From an uncultured Gemmatimonadales bacterium (GTDB taxonomy: Bacteria > Gemmatimonadota > Gemmatimonadetes > Longimicrobiales > RSA9): a stretch of DNA of 64,000 nt. Below the pieces are notes generated by a model that saw nothing but the letters and a program-made list of their open reading frames with translations, was not told the origin of the DNA and searched no databases. Positions 40,511-51,559 of this stretch are shown in pieces. Made by a program: the position numbers and the translations under genes. Where the stretch lies: assembly GCA_963783305.1 (NCBI GenBank), contig CAWAMW010000012.1, forward strand, positions 64,001 through 128,000, given 5' to 3'. Within the stretch, counting starts at the first letter, position 1. The number at the start of each line of letters is the position of its first letter.

Positions 40511-41653
40511 ATGACCGACGCACCGACACAGCTCACCGAACCGCACGCGGACCTCCTCGGCCGCTTCCGCGCAGGCCAGCGCGCGGCTCTGGCGCGGGTC
40601 ATCTCCATCGTGGAAAGCCAGCGGGAGGGCTTCCAGGCGCTGCTCCACGAGCTGCACCCGGAGATGGTGGGTGCGCGGCGTATCGGCGTGACAGGGCCGC
40701 CGGGGGCGGGGAAGTCCACGATAACCGCGTCGCTGATCCAGCGGTTCAGGGATCGGGGCGAGACGGTGGGCGTCATCGCGGTCGACCCCACCTCGCCGTA
40801 CACGGGCGGGGCGCTTCTGGGCGACCGGATCCGGATGAACGAGGTGGCGCAGGGGGAGGGTGTGTTCATCCGGAGCATGGCTACACGCGGCGCCCTGGGC
40901 GGGATCGCGGCGGCGACGCGGGAGGTGATCAATGTCATGGCGGCGTTCGGATTCGATGTCGTCATCGTGGAGACCGTGGGCGTGGGCCAGAGCGAGCTCG
41001 ACATCGCCGCGGCCGCGGACACCACCGCCGTCGTGCTCGTGCCCGAGTCGGGCGACGCGATCCAGACCATGAAGGCGGGCCTGATGGAGGCCGCCGACCT
41101 GTTCGTGATCAACAAGGCCGATCGCCCCGGCGCGCCGCGGCTCGCCAAGGAGGTGGAGATGATGCTCCACCTGCGTCTGGGCGACGGGCTCCGCAACATC
41201 CCGGCGCACCACGGGGTCCAGCTCCGGCGCGCCGATACGGCCCGGTCGAAGCGGTCGGCGCGGAAGCGGCGGGAAGGCAGTGCGGAGGACGCCGGCGAGT
41301 CCGCGGGTCCGGAATCGTGGAGCATCCCGGTCCTCCTCACGTCGGCGGAGAAGGGAGAGGGGATCGAGGAGCTGGTCGAGCGCCTCGACGCCCACTCGAC
41401 GTGGCTGGCGGAGAGCGGCGAGCTGGAGCGTCGTCGTCGGAGTCGGCTGGAGGAGCGGGTCCGGGACGCGGTGCAGCAGCGGCTCCTGGCGGCGGCCTGG
41501 CAGGACTCGGACGGCCGCGGCATCCTGGAGACGTCCATGGACGCGCTCAGCGCGGGCGACACGACGCCGTACGAAGTCGCCGAGCGGATCGCCGCGGCGG
41601 CCTCCATCCCGACACCGCCGGCGGCTGCCGACGCGGACGGTGGACGGTCGTAG
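40511..41653 (+). CDS. meaB: MeaB/ArgK GTPase chaperone of B12-dependent mutases
   Basis: GVTGPPGAGKST, AVDPTSP..GGALLGDRIRM, RSMATRG, VETVGVGQSE, NKAD. Confidence 0.94.
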   Translation: MTDAPTQLTEPHADLLGRFRAGQRAALARVISIVESQREGFQALLHELHPEMVGARRIGVTGPPGAGKSTITASLIQRFRDRGETVGVIAVDPTSPYTGGALLGDRIRMNEVAQGEGVFIRSMATRGALGGIAAATREVINVMAAFGFDVVIVETVGVGQSELDIAAAADTTAVVLVPESGDAIQTMKAGLMEAADLFVINKADRPGAPRLAKEVEMMLHLRLGDGLRNIPAHHGVQLRRADTARSKRSARKRREGSAEDAGESAGPESWSIPVLLTSAEKGEGIEELVERLDAHSTWLAESGELERRRRSRLEERVRDAVQQRLLAAAWQDSDGRGILETSMDALSAGDTTPYEVAERIAAAASIPTPPAAADADGGRS

Positions 41654-41863
41654 CACTCCGGTGTGATGGCGATCCGGGACATCGGCGCGGGTGAGCTCGG
41701 GGAGTCCGAGCAGACTACGTGGCTGCGGCAGCGGTCCTGGCTTCCGAATGGTGAAGTGGCGCCGGCCCGGATCGTGAATCACCCTGAGGGGTAGCCGCAA
41801 CAGGGTCGTAGAACCAACACAGGGTCGTAGATCCGAACTGTAACCCGAATCCCGAAACCCGAT

Positions 41864-43593
<1,730 letters not shown>

Positions 43594-43597
<4 letters not shown>

Positions 43598-44313
43598 GCG
43601 CGCCCGACACGACGGAGGGCCGGCCCCTCCGTGCCGTCCTCTTCGACGCCGGCGGCACCCTGATCCACCCGGACCATGGCTTCCTCCTCGAGCTTCTCGC
43701 CGAGGAGGGCGTACGGTCCGACGAGGCGGCGTACCACGATGCTCGCCGCCGGGCGGACGCCGCCGTGGCCCAGCTCCTCCGGTCCGACTCGCCGGGCACC
43801 GACGAGACCCGGGTGCGCGCGTGGTTCGTGACCCTGCTCACCGCCCTCGGCCTCCCCGAGTCCCGGCTCGAAGACGCCGGCCGCAAGATCCGGCAGCGGC
43901 ACGCCGATGCCGCGCTCTGGGTTCGTGCCGAGCCCTGCGCCCGGGCCATGCTCCAGGGCCTCGAGGACGCCGGCCTCCGGCTGGCGGTCATCTCGAACGC
44001 CGACGGCCGGGTGGCCCGCTATCTGGACGCCGCTGGCCTCGCCGACGCGTTCGAGTTCATCCTGGACTCGGGCGCCGTGGGGATCGAGAAGCCGGATCGC
44101 CGCATTTTCGACATGGCGCTGGAGCGGCTGGGTCTCGAGGCCGGCGAGGTCGTGTACGTGGGCGACAGCTGGGAGATCGACGTGGTGGGCGCCCGGGGCG
44201 CCGGGATCCGCCCGGTCTACCTCTCCGCGTCCCCTCGCGCTGGCGCCACCTGCATATCGGGGATCTGCGACCTGCCGGCCGCACTCGCGCTGGGAACGCT
44301 CACTCCCGAGTGA
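43594..44313 (+). CDS. HAD-superfamily hydrolase
   Basis: VLFDAGGTL, VISNAD, EKPDRRIF, YVGDSWEIDVVGA; start uncertain (possible CTG). Confidence 0.88.
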
Positions 44314-44323
44314 GGGCCGCGCC

Positions 44324-45058
44324 GTGACAGCGACCTCGGCCGACCGCCACTTCTTCGACGAGGCCTATCACCGCATCCTGGCACCGTTCCACCCGGAGTC
44401 CGAGGCGCGGATCGAGACCGCCGCGCTCCGGGAGCTCCTGGGCCTGGCGCAGGAGGACCGGATCCTGGACCTGGCGTGCGGCTGGGGCCGCCACCTGCGG
44501 CTGCTGCGCGGCGCGGGCCACGATGTTGTTGGAGTCGATCTGTCGGTGGCGCTGCTCCGTCGGGCTCGCGTCGCCGGCGATCCACGTCTCGTCGCCGCCG
44601 ACATGCTCCAGCTCCCGTTCGCAGCCGGCGTCTTCGATGTGGTGCTCAACCTGGCCACGAGCCTCGGCCTGTTCCTCGAGGACGACCTGATGCTGAGCGC
44701 GCTCCGGGAGGCCCGTCGTGTGCTCCGGCCGGGGGGGCGGCTCCTCATCGAGGGCATGAACGGTGAGGACGCGATCGCGGGGTACGCGGAACGCGACGCC
44801 TGGTCGCTGGAGGATGGAACGGACGTGCGGGTGCGGCGCCGCCTGGACGAGGCCCGGCGGGTGAGCCACGAAGTGCTGCGCTGGCGGGGTCCCGTGGGCG
44901 CCGGGACGAAGCGGCACTCGCTGCGTCTGCGGACCGGCGGCGAGGTGGCGCGGCTGGTGGGGGAGGCGGGGCTCGAGCTGGAAGCGACCTACGGCGACTG
45001 GGACCTCGAGGAGCTTCGGCCGCGCTCGGAGCGCGTGATCGTCATCGCCCGCCGCTGA
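44324..45058 (+). CDS. Class I SAM-dependent methyltransferase
   Basis: ILDLACGWGRH, GVDLS, ADMLQLPF, RVLRPGGRLL. Confidence 0.9.
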   Translation: MTATSADRHFFDEAYHRILAPFHPESEARIETAALRELLGLAQEDRILDLACGWGRHLRLLRGAGHDVVGVDLSVALLRRARVAGDPRLVAADMLQLPFAAGVFDVVLNLATSLGLFLEDDLMLSALREARRVLRPGGRLLIEGMNGEDAIAGYAERDAWSLEDGTDVRVRRRLDEARRVSHEVLRWRGPVGAGTKRHSLRLRTGGEVARLVGEAGLELEATYGDWDLEELRPRSERVIVIARR

Positions 45059-45160
45059 TGGGCGTCGCCGGGGCGGCGGCCGGGGCGTCGCCGGGGTGGC
45101 GGTCGGGCCCTTCGGCTCCTTACTTTCCTGACCCGAGGCGTACTGAACGGAGTGACCGCA

Positions 45161-45580
45161 ATGGCAGAGCGAAAGATACGGGTGCTGGTGGCCAAGCCGG
45201 GGCTGGATGGCCACGATCGGGGCGCGAAGGTGATGGCCAGCGCGCTCCGGGATGCCGGGTTCGAGGTGATCTACACGGGTCTCCATCAGACCCCGGAGAT
45301 GGTGGTGAACGCGGCCGTCCAGGAGGACGTGGACGTGGTCGCGCTGTCGATCCTGTCGGGCGCGCACATGACGCTCTTCCCCAAGGTGCTGGAGCAGCTC
45401 CGGTCGGAAGGGCTGGATGACGTGCTCCTGACGGGTGGTGGGATCATCCCGGACGAGGACATGGAGACGCTGAAGGAGATGGGGGTCGGGAAGCTGTTCG
45501 GTCCCGGCACGCCCACGAGCGAGCCCATCGAGTACATCCGCGAATGGTTCGCGGAGCAGCGGACGGCGGGCCAGGTCTGA
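45161..45580 (+). CDS. Acyl-CoA mutase small cobalamin-binding subunit
   Basis: [12 protein letters not shown] (DxHxxG), SILSGAH, GGGIIP. Confidence 0.94.
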   Translation: MAERKIRVLVAKPGLDGHDRGAKVMASALRDAGFEVIYTGLHQTPEMVVNAAVQEDVDVVALSILSGAHMTLFPKVLEQLRSEGLDDVLLTGGGIIPDEDMETLKEMGVGKLFGPGTPTSEPIEYIREWFAEQRTAGQV

Positions 45581-47211
45581 GCGGCGCGGCGGCGGGGACG
45601 GAACGGAAGGAGAAGCGGCTGGAGCGGCTGGTCGCGGAGCTGGACGAGCTGGAGGCGCGGCTCCGGCAGGGTGGGGGCGAGGCGCGCATCAAGCGGCAGC
45701 ACGATGCCGGCAAGCTGACCGCCCGGGAGCGGATCTCGCTCCTGCTGGACCCCCGTACTCCGTTCCACGAGATCGGCATGCTGGTGGCGTGGGACCGCTA
45801 CGAGGGCCAGGCGCCGGCGGCAGGCGTGGTGACGGGGCTCGGCGCGGTGCACGGCCGGCCGGTGGTCGTCATTGCCAACGACGCCACGGTCAAGGCGGGG
45901 TCCTGGTGGCCCGAGACCATCACCAAGATGCTCCGGGCGCAGGAGATCGCCATGCGCTGCCGCGTCCCCATCATCTACCTGGTGGATTCCGCGGGCGTGA
46001 ACCTGCCGTACCAGGGCGGGGTCTTCCCCGGGCAGTATGGCGCGGCGCGCCTCTTCTACTACAACTCCATCATGCGGCGCTACCTGCGGGTCCCGCAGAT
46101 CGCGGCGGTGATGGGGCCGTGCATCGCGGGGGGTGCCTACCTGCCCGCTCTCTCCGATGTGATCCTCATGGTGGAGGGGACGAGCTTCATGGGGCTGGGC
46201 GGGCCGAACCTGGTGAAGGGCGCCACCGGGGCCACCGTGGAGGCGGAGGAGCTGGGCGGTGCGTGGACCCACAACGCCATCTCCGGTGTCGCGCACTACC
46301 GCTCGGCGGATGATCGTGCCTGCATCGGTCGGATCCGGCAGCTCATCGAGGAGCTGCCCTACACGCCGCCCGCCGCGGCCATCGCGGAGGCGGAGGACCC
46401 GGCGATCCCCGCCGCGCGCCTCTACGACCTCATACCGGACGACCATCGACAGCCGTACGAGATGGAGAAGCTCCTGGGCGCGCTCCTCGATGGCGGCAGC
46501 TACGACGAGTTCCAGGCGGACCGCGCCCCCGAGCTGCTGTGCGCCACCGCCCGGATCGACGGTGTGGCGGTGGGCGTTCTCGCGAACCGGCGCGGCATGA
46601 TCGCCGATCCCAGAGGCGGCCAGCCGAAGTTCGGCGGGATCCTCTACACCGACAGCGCGGAGAAAGCCGCCTATTTCATCGACACCATGAATCGGCATGG
46701 CACGCCGGTCCTGTTCGTGCAGGACGTGAGCGGCTTCATGGTGGGGACGGACGCCGAGCATTCGGGGATCATCCGGGCGGGCGCGCGGTTTGTCGAGGCC
46801 ATGGCCACGGCTCGCGTGCCGAAGATCGTCCTCACCCTGAACCACGCCTCCGGCGCGGGCTATTACGCCATGGCCGGGCAGGGGTTCGATCCCGATTTCA
46901 TCTTCACACTGCCGACAGGGAGGATGGGTGTCATGGAGGGGGAGAGCGCGGTGGTGGCTCTGTTCGGGCCACAGCTCGACGAGCTGAAGAAGAAGGGCGC
47001 AAAGCCCGACTCGGAGCTGCAGCGGAAGATGGATGCGGTTCGGACGGACTACGAGCACGAGCTCGATGCCCGCCAAGCGGCGGCCCGGGGCTTCGTGGAC
47101 GCAGTGCTCCGCCCGCAGCAGGTGCGGCCGGCCCTCGGCTTCGCACTGCGCACGGCGCTCCACAACCCCGGGGCTCACATCGGTCCATTCGGCGAGTTGG
47201 AGGCGGTATGA
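45577..47211 (+). CDS. Acyl-CoA carboxylase carboxyltransferase subunit (MCC-beta-like)
   Basis: [51 protein letters not shown]; start is either 45544 ATG or 45577 CTG. Confidence 0.9.
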   Translation: MSGAAAGTERKEKRLERLVAELDELEARLRQGGGEARIKRQHDAGKLTARERISLLLDPRTPFHEIGMLVAWDRYEGQAPAAGVVTGLGAVHGRPVVVIANDATVKAGSWWPETITKMLRAQEIAMRCRVPIIYLVDSAGVNLPYQGGVFPGQYGAARLFYYNSIMRRYLRVPQIAAVMGPCIAGGAYLPALSDVILMVEGTSFMGLGGPNLVKGATGATVEAEELGGAWTHNAISGVAHYRSADDRACIGRIRQLIEELPYTPPAAAIAEAEDPAIPAARLYDLIPDDHRQPYEMEKLLGALLDGGSYDEFQADRAPELLCATARIDGVAVGVLANRRGMIADPRGGQPKFGGILYTDSAEKAAYFIDTMNRHGTPVLFVQDVSGFMVGTDAEHSGIIRAGARFVEAMATARVPKIVLTLNHASGAGYYAMAGQGFDPDFIFTLPTGRMGVMEGESAVVALFGPQLDELKKKGAKPDSELQRKMDAVRTDYEHELDARQAAARGFVDAVLRPQQVRPALGFALRTALHNPGAHIGPFGELEAV

Positions 47212-48635
47212 CGACGGATCAGGACGATCCCACCGGCGGCCCCGGCCCCCAGTATGGCGGCGGGCTGCCCGGGCGGCCCGGACCCGGGCGCACGCGACAT
47301 ACGCTCGTGCGGCGGCTCATGCTGCCGTTCCAGGAGTTCTTCCAGGCGGAGGCGGCCAGCGGGATCGTGCTGCTGGCGTGCGCGGCCGTCGCGCTGCTGT
47401 GGGCGAACTCCCCCTGGGCCGAGAGCTATTTCCACCTGTGGGAGACGCACGTGGTGGTGGGCGGCGGCGCCCTCGTTCTCGATTACTCCCTTCACTACTG
47501 GATCAACGACGGCCTCATGGCCGTGTTCTTCTTCATGGTGGGGCTGGAGATCAAGCGGGAGGTCCTCGTGGGTGAGCTCGCCTCACCCAAGCAGGCGGCG
47601 TTCCCGATCGCGGCCGCAGTCGGCGGGATGCTGGTGCCGGCCCTCATCTACGTCGCCTTCAACGCCGGCACCCCGGAGCTGCGCGGCTGGGGGACGCCGA
47701 TGGCCACGGACATCGCCTTCGCCCTCGGCGTCCTGGCGCTCCTGGGCACCCGCGCGCCCACCGGCCTCAAGATCTTCCTGGCGGCCCTCGCCATCGTGGA
47801 CGACCTGGGGGCCGTGCTGGTGATCGCGCTCTTCTACTCCGCCGGCATCGACTGGAGCATGCTGATGTACGGCGGGATCACGTTCATCGTGCTCCTGGGC
47901 GCGAACCGGGGCGGCGTGCGGCGCCCGGCCGTGTACGCGGTGCTCGGTCTCCTGCTCTGGTTCTTCTTCCTGAAGTCGGGCGTGCACGCGACCATCGCCG
48001 GTGTGCTGCTGGCGGTGACCATTCCCGCCAAGACGCGGATCAACGTGAACGACTTCGTGTCGGACGCGAGGACGTACCTCCAGCGGTTCGAGGCGGACGG
48101 GCTGCGTCCGGACCCGGCCGCGCCGCTGACGCCGCAGCAGGAGTCGGCGCTGGAGCGGCTCGAGGAGGCGGCAGAGGGCGTTCAGTCCCCGCTGCTGAGC
48201 ATTGAGCACGCCATCGTGCCGTGGGTGGCGTTCGGCATCATGCCGCTGTTTGCGCTGGCCAACGCGGGTGTGGCGCTGGCACCGGAGGTGGTGAGCGGCC
48301 TGGGGAGCCCGGTGGTGCTGGGCATCGCGCTGGGCCTCCTCATCGGGAAGCCGGTGGGCGTCGGCCTCTTCGCGTGGGCCGCCGTAAAGCTGGGGATCGC
48401 CGGCTATCCGGCCGGGGTCCGGGGGCTCCACCTGGTGGGGGTCGGGCTGCTGGCGGGGATCGGCTTCACGATGTCGCTCTTCATCGCGGGGCTGGCCTTC
48501 GACGGCGTCACGCTGGAGCTGGCCAAGGTCGGCGTGCTGGCGGCCTCTACGGTCGCCGGTCTCGGGGGTTACCTGGTGCTCCGGGCCAAGGGGAATCCGG
48601 GCGAGGTGACGCGTGCACAGCCAAGGGGGCACTGA
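47208..48635 (+). CDS. nhaA: Na+/H+ antiporter NhaA
   Basis: WINDGLMAVFF..GLEIKRE, PMATDIAFALG, LAIVDDLGA, GIGFTMSLFI. Confidence 0.95.
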   Translation: MTTDQDDPTGGPGPQYGGGLPGRPGPGRTRHTLVRRLMLPFQEFFQAEAASGIVLLACAAVALLWANSPWAESYFHLWETHVVVGGGALVLDYSLHYWINDGLMAVFFFMVGLEIKREVLVGELASPKQAAFPIAAAVGGMLVPALIYVAFNAGTPELRGWGTPMATDIAFALGVLALLGTRAPTGLKIFLAALAIVDDLGAVLVIALFYSAGIDWSMLMYGGITFIVLLGANRGGVRRPAVYAVLGLLLWFFFLKSGVHATIAGVLLAVTIPAKTRINVNDFVSDARTYLQRFEADGLRPDPAAPLTPQQESALERLEEAAEGVQSPLLSIEHAIVPWVAFGIMPLFALANAGVALAPEVVSGLGSPVVLGIALGLLIGKPVGVGLFAWAAVKLGIAGYPAGVRGLHLVGVGLLAGIGFTMSLFIAGLAFDGVTLELAKVGVLAASTVAGLGGYLVLRAKGNPGEVTRAQPRGH

Positions 48636-48636
48636 C

Positions 48637-50019
48637 ATGACGGATCGCGTGATCCGGATCGGCAGCGGACAGGGATTCTGGGGCGACCGGCTGGACGCCC
48701 CCCTCGAGCAGGTCCGCAATGGACCGCTGGACTACCTCATGCTCGACTACCTGGCGGAGGTCACCATGTCCATCCTCCAGAAGCAGAAGTCACGCGACCC
48801 GGAGCAGGGGTACGCGCGCGACTTCGTGCCGTTGATGGAGGAGCTCTTCCCCGACCTGATCGAAAAGAACGTCCGGGTGGTCACCAACGCCGGCGGGGTC
48901 AACCTCGAGGGCTGCAGGGACGCGCTGCTCCAGGCGGCCCGCAAATCCGCGACGAAGCACGGGCGCCGACCCCGCGTCGGTGTGGTCATGGGCGACGACC
49001 TGCTGGGTCGGCTCGAATCGTTGGTGGAGGAGGGGCATGAGCTGCGGCACATGGAGACGGGCGCGCCGCTCAGCGATGTGCTCGACCGCGTCGCCGCCGC
49101 CAACGCCTACATCGGCGCGGAGCCCATCGTACGGGCGCTGGAGAAGGGTGCCACGGTCGTGGTCACGGGCCGCTCCACCGACACCGCCCTGACGTACGGC
49201 CCCATGGTCCACGAGTTCGGCTGGGCGCCCGACCAGTGGGACCGTCTGGCGGCGGGCGTCGTGGCCGGGCACATCAACGAGTGTGGCGCTCAGGCCAGTG
49301 GTGGGAACTGCCTCATCGACTGGGACACCATGCCCGACCTGGCCGGGATCGGGTACCCCGTGATCGAGGCCCATCCGGACGGCAGCTTCGTCGTGACGAA
49401 GCACGAGGGTACGGGCGGCCGGATCAACCCGGCCGTGGTGAAGGAGCAGCTGCTCTACGAGATGGGTGATCCGGCAGAGTACATCACGCCCGACGTGGTG
49501 GCGGATTTCACCACCATCCGGCTCGAGCCGGATGGCGAAAACCGTGTGCGCGTGACCGGCGTGAGGGGCCGGCCGCGCACCGACATGCTCAAGGTCTCCA
49601 TCGCCTACCGCGCCGGCTGGAAGGCCGTGGGCACTCTGGTCTATTCCTGGCCCGACGCCGTCAGGAAGGCCCGGGCGGCCGACCGCGTGCTCCGCGAGCG
49701 CCTGGACCGGCTGGGGCTCGAGTACGACGAGATCCTCACCGAGCTCGTGGGCTGGAACTCCACCCACGGTCACCTGGCGGGGCCGCCGCCCGACGACCTC
49801 CCCGAGATCCAGCTCCGCGTGGCCGTGCGCTCCCACGATCGCAACGCCGTCGAGCGCTTCAGCCGCGAAATCGCGCCCCTGATCCTCTCCGGCCCGCCTT
49901 CCGTCACCGGGTTCGCCGGCGGCCGGCCCCGGGTCCAGGAGATCATGGCGTTCTGGCCAGCGCTCATCGACCGCTCCGCCATCGAGGCGGATCTGCGGGT
50001 GGAGGTGACCGAAGCGTGA
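48637..50019 (+). CDS. AtuA-like (DUF1446) protein, N-terminal part
   Basis: IRIGSGQGFWGD, DYLAEVTM, TNAGGVN, AGHINECG, EQLLYEMGDP..YITPDV. Confidence 0.88.
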   Translation: MTDRVIRIGSGQGFWGDRLDAPLEQVRNGPLDYLMLDYLAEVTMSILQKQKSRDPEQGYARDFVPLMEELFPDLIEKNVRVVTNAGGVNLEGCRDALLQAARKSATKHGRRPRVGVVMGDDLLGRLESLVEEGHELRHMETGAPLSDVLDRVAAANAYIGAEPIVRALEKGATVVVTGRSTDTALTYGPMVHEFGWAPDQWDRLAAGVVAGHINECGAQASGGNCLIDWDTMPDLAGIGYPVIEAHPDGSFVVTKHEGTGGRINPAVVKEQLLYEMGDPAEYITPDVVADFTTIRLEPDGENRVRVTGVRGRPRTDMLKVSIAYRAGWKAVGTLVYSWPDAVRKARAADRVLRERLDRLGLEYDEILTELVGWNSTHGHLAGPPPDDLPEIQLRVAVRSHDRNAVERFSREIAPLILSGPPSVTGFAGGRPRVQEIMAFWPALIDRSAIEADLRVEVTEA

Positions 50020-50068
50020 CCGCCCTCTACCGCAGCCGGTCCGAGACCCCCCAAACCGGCAGGACCCC

Positions 50069-50401
50069 ATGGCTCTGATCCGCCTGAACGAGATCGCCCA
50101 CGCCCGGTCGGGTGACAAGGGCGACACGGTGAACGTCGGCGTCATCGCATACGACCCGGCGCACTACGACCTCCTCGTGGAGCACCTGACGACCGAACGT
50201 GTGAAAGAGCACTTCGGCGACATGGTCAAGGGGGAGGTGGAACGGTTCGAGCTGCCCAACCTGGGGGCGCTCAACTTCCTGCTCCACAACGCACTGGGCG
50301 GTGGTGGGACGGTGTCGCTCATGACGGACGCGCAGGGGAAGACGTTCTCCACCGCCATGCTGCGGCTGGAGCTCGAAATCCCTTCCGAAACGGGCGTTTG
50401 A
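50069..50401 (+). CDS. AtuA-like C-terminal ferredoxin-fold protein
   Basis: AHARSGDKGD, VERFELPNLGALNF, LGGGG..SL..DAQGK. Confidence 0.85.
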   Translation: MALIRLNEIAHARSGDKGDTVNVGVIAYDPAHYDLLVEHLTTERVKEHFGDMVKGEVERFELPNLGALNFLLHNALGGGGTVSLMTDAQGKTFSTAMLRLELEIPSETGV

Positions 50402-51198
50402 CCGTGGCGACGGGGGGCGGAACTTCCCAGCGGGACTTGCCGGTCCTGACAGGGCTGGAAGGCGGGGTCCTCACCCTGACGCTCAACCGGCCGGGGAAAC
50501 GCAACGCGCTGAATCAGGGCACCATCTCCGATCTGAAGGCGCACCTCGCGGACGCCGCGGAGAACGGCGAGGTTCGGGTCATCCTGCTGCGGGCGAACGG
50601 CCCCGACTTCTGTGCGGGCGCGGACCTGCAGGCGATGCAGCGGATGGCGGGGGACGCCGACCCCATGGCGAACCTGGCGGACGCGCAGGGACTGGGTGAG
50701 CTGCTGGTCCTCATGCGGCGGCATTCCCGGACCATCATCGGCGCTGTGCATGGGAGTGCGCTCGCGGGAGGAGCCGGTCTGGCCACGGCGTGCGACCTCG
50801 TCCTGGCCCGCGAGGACGCGGTGTTCGGCTACCCGGAGGTAAAGCTCGGCTTCGTCCCCGCCATGGTCATGGCGCTGCTCCGCCGCACCGTGGGCGAGAA
50901 GGTGGCGTTCGAGCTCGTGGCCCGCGGCGAGCGGCTCGATGCCCGTGAGGCGGCAGCGCTCGGACTGGTGAACCGCGTGATCCCGGAAACCGAATGGGAC
51001 GCGAGCGTGACCGCCTACGCGTCTGAGCTGGCCGCGCACTCTACGTCCGCGCTGGCGCTCATCAAGCGGCTCCTATACGGCATGGACGGCCTGTCCTTCG
51101 AGGAGGCCATCGCCCGCGGTGCCGAGGTGAACGCCCTCGCCCGTCTCACGCCCGACACCCTCGAGGGCGTCCGCAAGTTCCTGGACCGCACCCGGTAG
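50398..51198 (+). CDS. Enoyl-CoA hydratase/isomerase (methylglutaconyl-CoA hydratase-like)
   Basis: LNRPGKRNAL, FCAGADL, GGAGLATACD, PEVKLG. Confidence 0.9.
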   Translation: MTVATGGGTSQRDLPVLTGLEGGVLTLTLNRPGKRNALNQGTISDLKAHLADAAENGEVRVILLRANGPDFCAGADLQAMQRMAGDADPMANLADAQGLGELLVLMRRHSRTIIGAVHGSALAGGAGLATACDLVLAREDAVFGYPEVKLGFVPAMVMALLRRTVGEKVAFELVARGERLDAREAAALGLVNRVIPETEWDASVTAYASELAAHSTSALALIKRLLYGMDGLSFEEAIARGAEVNALARLTPDTLEGVRKFLDRTR

Positions 51199-51199
51199 C

Positions 51200-51430
51200 A
51201 TGTTCGTTCGACGCGGCGAAACCACCGGCCGGTGGCTCGGCGCTCGCATGAGCGCGTTCAGCCTCGGTGCCGTCCTCGCCCTCCTGGGTATGGCGCTCGG
51301 GAGAGACTGGCTCGTGGTCGTGGCCGGTGTCGTGCTGCTCGCTGGGGTCCTCCTCGGGCTGGCGGCGCGCCGTCTAGACCAGCGCGCCGCCCCGACCCCG
51401 AGCGACGACGACATCGCCGAGGACGGCTGA
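51200..51430 (+). CDS. Small membrane protein, hypothetical
   Basis: 76 aa, two hydrophobic segments, starts 1 nt after the preceding stop. Confidence 0.6.
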   Translation: MFVRRGETTGRWLGARMSAFSLGAVLALLGMALGRDWLVVVAGVVLLAGVLLGLAARRLDQRAAPTPSDDDIAEDG

Positions 51431-51559
51431 GCTCGCGGCGATGGCGCGGCCCCTCAAGTACGCGCCAGCCCGGGCCGATACTGACTCTGTCGAGCTCTCC
51501 CCGAGGCGCGGCCGTCCTGCTGCAGGGCCGTTGGGTCACTACATACACGGGATGATCAG

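Noticed and set aside
41666..41794. 42-aa ORF in frame after the meaB TAG (possible readthrough or small ORF)
   Set aside because: No SD, no recognisable motif, and MeaB already appears complete. No pyrrolysine machinery is visible in the window.
41654..41863. Cobalamin riboswitch upstream of the mutase
   Set aside because: Only an ACTGTAA-like fragment is present; the AGGGAA / CCCGC core and B12-box arrangement are missing.
45060..45105. 23-bp near-perfect tandem duplication after the methyltransferase
   Set aside because: Only two GC-rich copies; probably local slippage, with no supportable function.
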